Shown piece after piece: positions 17,497 through 20,000 of a stretch of 20,000 nucleotides of DNA. The notes under the pieces are model-generated. The model saw nothing but the letters and a program-made list of their open reading frames with translations. It made no database searches and was not told where the DNA came from. Source of the stretch: an uncultured virus (IMG/VR IMGVR_UViG_3300025400_000009) (taxonomy: Duplodnaviria; Heunggongvirae; Uroviricota; Caudoviricetes); IMG/VR virus record IMGVR_UViG_3300025400_000009, one strand, 5' to 3'. The number at the start of each line of letters is the position of its first letter. Position 1 is the first letter of the stretch. The position numbers and the translations under genes were made by a program.

Positions 17497-18353
17497 TAAG
17501 TCCCCCACTCGTTTTTGAACAATGGCACTTGTAGACGATCACTATAACGCCACCCTCGCTTCATTGCGGCAATGGCAACGGATCGAGCATTGAGATTATA
17601 AACAGACTCAACACCGCCGACAGGCATAAGGTATACGTGACCTTTAAAACCTGCCGCTCTAAATTCGTCAACTGCTCGTTCTGCATCTTTAATGTCCTCT
17701 TCTGTTGATACTACTAATTTCAAATATGCTGTACCGTATTCTTCATACTCGCAAACACGATCGGGTTTTATTGCATCCTCCCATGGCTCGCCGCTTGCTG
17801 GTAATTTTGCACTGACATTAAATGTAATTTCGCGACCAAAGTCTTTATCTTGATGATATTTCCATGTATGTAGATATTCTTTGAATTCTTTCGTTAGCCT
17901 CATTGTGCCGTTAGTTTCAAAAGTAATTTCTCTCAAATTAGACATCTTAGGATGATCTAACAAATCCGGATATTGCTTTTGCCAACCTAGCAATGGCTCT
18001 CCGCCTGTGATTACCAAATGTTCATCCCGCCATTCTCCATGTGGGAGAATTTCCATAATACGATCCGCAATAGCATCAGTTGTGAGCATTGGGCTTAGAT
18101 CTTTAAAATCAGGCATCCAGGAGGCGTATGAGTCGCACCCAGAATTTACCAATGGAAGTTCTTCGTATTTGTTATAAAAATGCGCCACCCGGGCAATATC
18201 GTGCCTTTCTTGGCTTTTCTCTCCAAGTGGCATGCCAAAACCGTCGCAGGTAAAATTGCAACCAAAAGTTCTTAAGAAGATTGACGGTACCCCCATATAT
18301 CTTCCTTCTCCCTGAATGCTGTAAAATAATTCTGCGATTTTAATCTTGCTCAT
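17496..18353 (-). CDS. queE: 7-carboxy-7-deazaguanine synthase (QueE-like radical SAM enzyme) with split Cys motif
   Basis: QueE hallmarks ELFYSIQGEG...G.PSIFLRTFGCN, CDS, VITGGEPLL, FETNGT, VSAKL, LKLVV, YLMP and C-terminal GWRYS.RLQV. Confidence 0.88.
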   Translation of the reverse strand: MSKIKIAELFYSIQGEGRYMGVPSIFLRTFGCNFTCDGFGMPLGEKSQERHDIARVAHFYNKYEELPLVNSGCDSYASWMPDFKDLSPMLTTDAIADRIMEILPHGEWRDEHLVITGGEPLLGWQKQYPDLLDHPKMSNLREITFETNGTMRLTKEFKEYLHTWKYHQDKDFGREITFNVSAKLPASGEPWEDAIKPDRVCEYEEYGTAYLKLVVSTEEDIKDAERAVDEFRAAGFKGHVYLMPVGGVESVYNLNARSVAIAAMKRGWRYSDRLQVPLFKNEWGT

Positions 18354-18618
18354 ATATATTAGACCATTTCTTTAGTTTTTCTTTTTTAGCAGCAGTAGCG
18401 GCTTTTAAGTTATGATATGATATTACATCCAACTCATGTAGAATGTCAATCATTGCGAGTACATCGCCTAACTCTTCTTCTAGGTGTTCTTTGTTTGTTT
18501 TTGGTTTGCCAGGCTTGAAATTATTTAGGCCGAAGCGACTAATTTTACTAATAGCTTGGATTACTTCTGCACATTCTTCTTGTAGAATGTCCATTACTTC
18601 TTTGGTTCTCTTATCCAT
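18340..18618 (-). CDS. MazG-like nucleotide pyrophosphohydrolase, 92 aa
   Basis: All-alpha NTP-PPase motifs LQEECAEVIQA (EExxE) and LEEELGDVL (EExxD). The likely start is the ATG at 18618, overlapping the upstream stop by 8 nt. Confidence 0.8.
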   Translation of the reverse strand: MDKRTKEVMDILQEECAEVIQAISKISRFGLNNFKPGKPKTNKEHLEEELGDVLAMIDILHELDVISYHNLKAATAAKKEKLKKWSNIYEQD

Positions 18619-19072
18619 TTTTTGCTCGATCTGTAAGGTATTGTTCATTATGAATCCACTTGTTGTTGACTAAAAATCCCCACTCCCGCCGTTGTGGCCC
18701 AGGCATAAAACAAGTCCATGCTGTTACATTGGGATCCAATTCAATGCGATGGTATGAAGTAGGTTTGCAAATACGAAAATGACCAGGGCCACGCCAATGA
18801 CGAATTTCTCCAATTTTTTCTCCTAGGCTATTAAACTCGGGTACCCATTCATAGTAACCGCCACGCAGAATAAGTGTGGCATAGGGCCATGGGTGATCGT
18901 GAACATCATCGGGGTCACTCTTTAAAAACTTGTGGATAAAGATATTGAACGGAAATGCTTTACGATCTTTAAGGAAAACATAATAGCGTTCTAGATATGG
19001 TTCATTTTCTTCTCGATCCATAATAATACGTCGACGACCAATTTTATCCAAGAAGTTTAAAAGGAATTTCAT
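18611..19072 (-). CDS. Cupin-fold (double-stranded beta-helix) metalloprotein, 153 aa
   Basis: HDHPW...LILRGGYYE (cupin motif 1, HxH..E) and YHRIEL...WTCF..GP...WGF (motif 2 His). Confidence 0.7.
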   Translation of the reverse strand: MKFLLNFLDKIGRRRIIMDREENEPYLERYYVFLKDRKAFPFNIFIHKFLKSDPDDVHDHPWPYATLILRGGYYEWVPEFNSLGEKIGEIRHWRGPGHFRICKPTSYHRIELDPNVTAWTCFMPGPQRREWGFLVNNKWIHNEQYLTDRAKNG

Positions 19073-20000
19073 TTTAAATTTTTCAATAAGTTAGTTGCAC
19101 TAAAAAAATGTTCAGTTAAGTCCTGTGCCTGTTTCTTAACCTGCGGCACCTGTTGATTATAAAAATTCATAGTTTGAATGATTAAGGCACATAGTTCTTG
19201 TCTGTGGGTTTCATAGGCTTCAAAACTTTCTGTCCACTCACTAGGGTACTTGAATCCGCTGTAATACATTTCTGTATATGATAGTCGATCTGGCACCATA
19301 GGGATAGCATCTACCATAGCACCTTCGTAGCAACTAATGCCCAGTGTTTCCTGTAGGTTAGCACTGAATACAATCTTTGCTCGTTTCAACAATGTATGGT
19401 ATTCGTGTTTGGTCAGAGGTTGATCCTGACAAACAACAAATTCATATTGTGGCAAGTATTTGGCCAAGTCGCGGAAAATCTCTACTTGCTTTTCTGGAGC
19501 AATACGATGTGGGAATAAGATTAGGTCATCTTTGGCATACGGACCACCGCCACCGAGCAGTTCGTCCATATACTCCATAGGCCAGCCTGTGCGAACAATC
19601 TTACCACTTTCGTATCGACGTTCAAAATCTTCATCATGCCAAGGATTCTCACTAGGATAATCGTGTAGTAGATTATTGAAGAACATTCTTACATGGAAGT
19701 CTGTGGCAAAATAGTTGTGATCAAACGCATGAAAGAAACTCTTTTCAGCATGTCTAACCCAAGGTTTATTGCCAACTAAGCGACCTAGGAAGTCCTGTGG
19801 ATCATAACTTCCAGCATGCCAAAGACCATGTGTAACTACTGGGATATTCAGTAGTTCACTCATATACTTTAAGTTTATGATGCCAGGATGCCAAGCGTCA
19901 GTAAACAAAAAATGATCGCCAGGCTTAACTGCTCCGGAGCAAAATAAACGACCCATCTGTTCAACTTGAGCAGACTTGTAGATATTATTGCCGCCAAAAT
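19069..20000 (-). CDS. GT-B (GT4-like) glycosyltransferase, N-terminus outside the window
   Basis: The frame stays open to the window edge (FGGNNIYKSAQVEQ precedes the Met at 19956). The donor-binding domain has FPHRIAPEKQ and an E-x7-E motif (ETLGISCYE). The N-domain has GLWHAGS. Confidence 0.85.
   Translation of the reverse strand, partial: FGGNNIYKSAQVEQMGRLFCSGAVKPGDHFLFTDAWHPGIINLKYMSELLNIPVVTHGLWHAGSYDPQDFLGRLVGNKPWVRHAEKSFFHAFDHNYFATDFHVRMFFNNLLHDYPSENPWHDEDFERRYESGKIVRTGWPMEYMDELLGGGGPYAKDDLILFPHRIAPEKQVEIFRDLAKYLPQYEFVVCQDQPLTKHEYHTLLKRAKIVFSANLQETLGISCYEGAMVDAIPMVPDRLSYTEMYYSGFKYPSEWTESFEAYETHRQELCALIIQTMNFYNQQVPQVKKQAQDLTEHFFSATNLLKNLK

Noticed and set aside
17496..18353. Anaerobic ribonucleotide reductase activase (NrdG) instead of QueE
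   Set aside because: The SIQGEG, ETNGT and C-terminal R-L-Q motifs and the length fit QueE, and there is no nrdD nearby.
1..20000. Stop-codon reassignment, since none of the 22 called genes ends in TAG (18 TAA, 4 TGA)
   Set aside because: Genes are full-length and tightly packed under the standard code, all TGA stops fall in overlaps with the next gene, and TAG scarcity is expected in AT-rich genomes.

Overview
This 20 kb window looks like part of a large, probably jumbo, tailed dsDNA phage genome. It is AT-rich, densely coded, uses the standard code and shows no rRNA, tRNA, CRISPR or IS features. Two convergent arms meet at about 9585. The + arm (1-9587) is a virion/tail module: a >2300 aa baseplate/tail-type protein with a 7-repeat FG-GAP-like propeller (truncated at the left edge), a small structural protein, and two paralogous fibre-like proteins, one ending in an autocleaving intramolecular chaperone domain. 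The - arm (9584-20000) carries early/metabolic genes. In transcription order these are a GT-B glycosyltransferase (truncated at the right edge), a cupin, a MazG-like pyrophosphatase, a QueE with an atypical split Fe-S motif, small hypotheticals, a T4 RNase H-like 5'-3' exonuclease, a MoxR-type AAA+ ATPase with a metallopeptidase-VWA partner (each with its own sigma70-like promoter), and thyA. The most interesting candidate system is the translationally coupled glycosyltransferase-cupin-MazG-QueE block, which suggests a sugar-decorated 7-deazaguanine modification pathway. Several compact regulatory devices are also visible. All family assignments come from motif recognition by eye, not from database searches.
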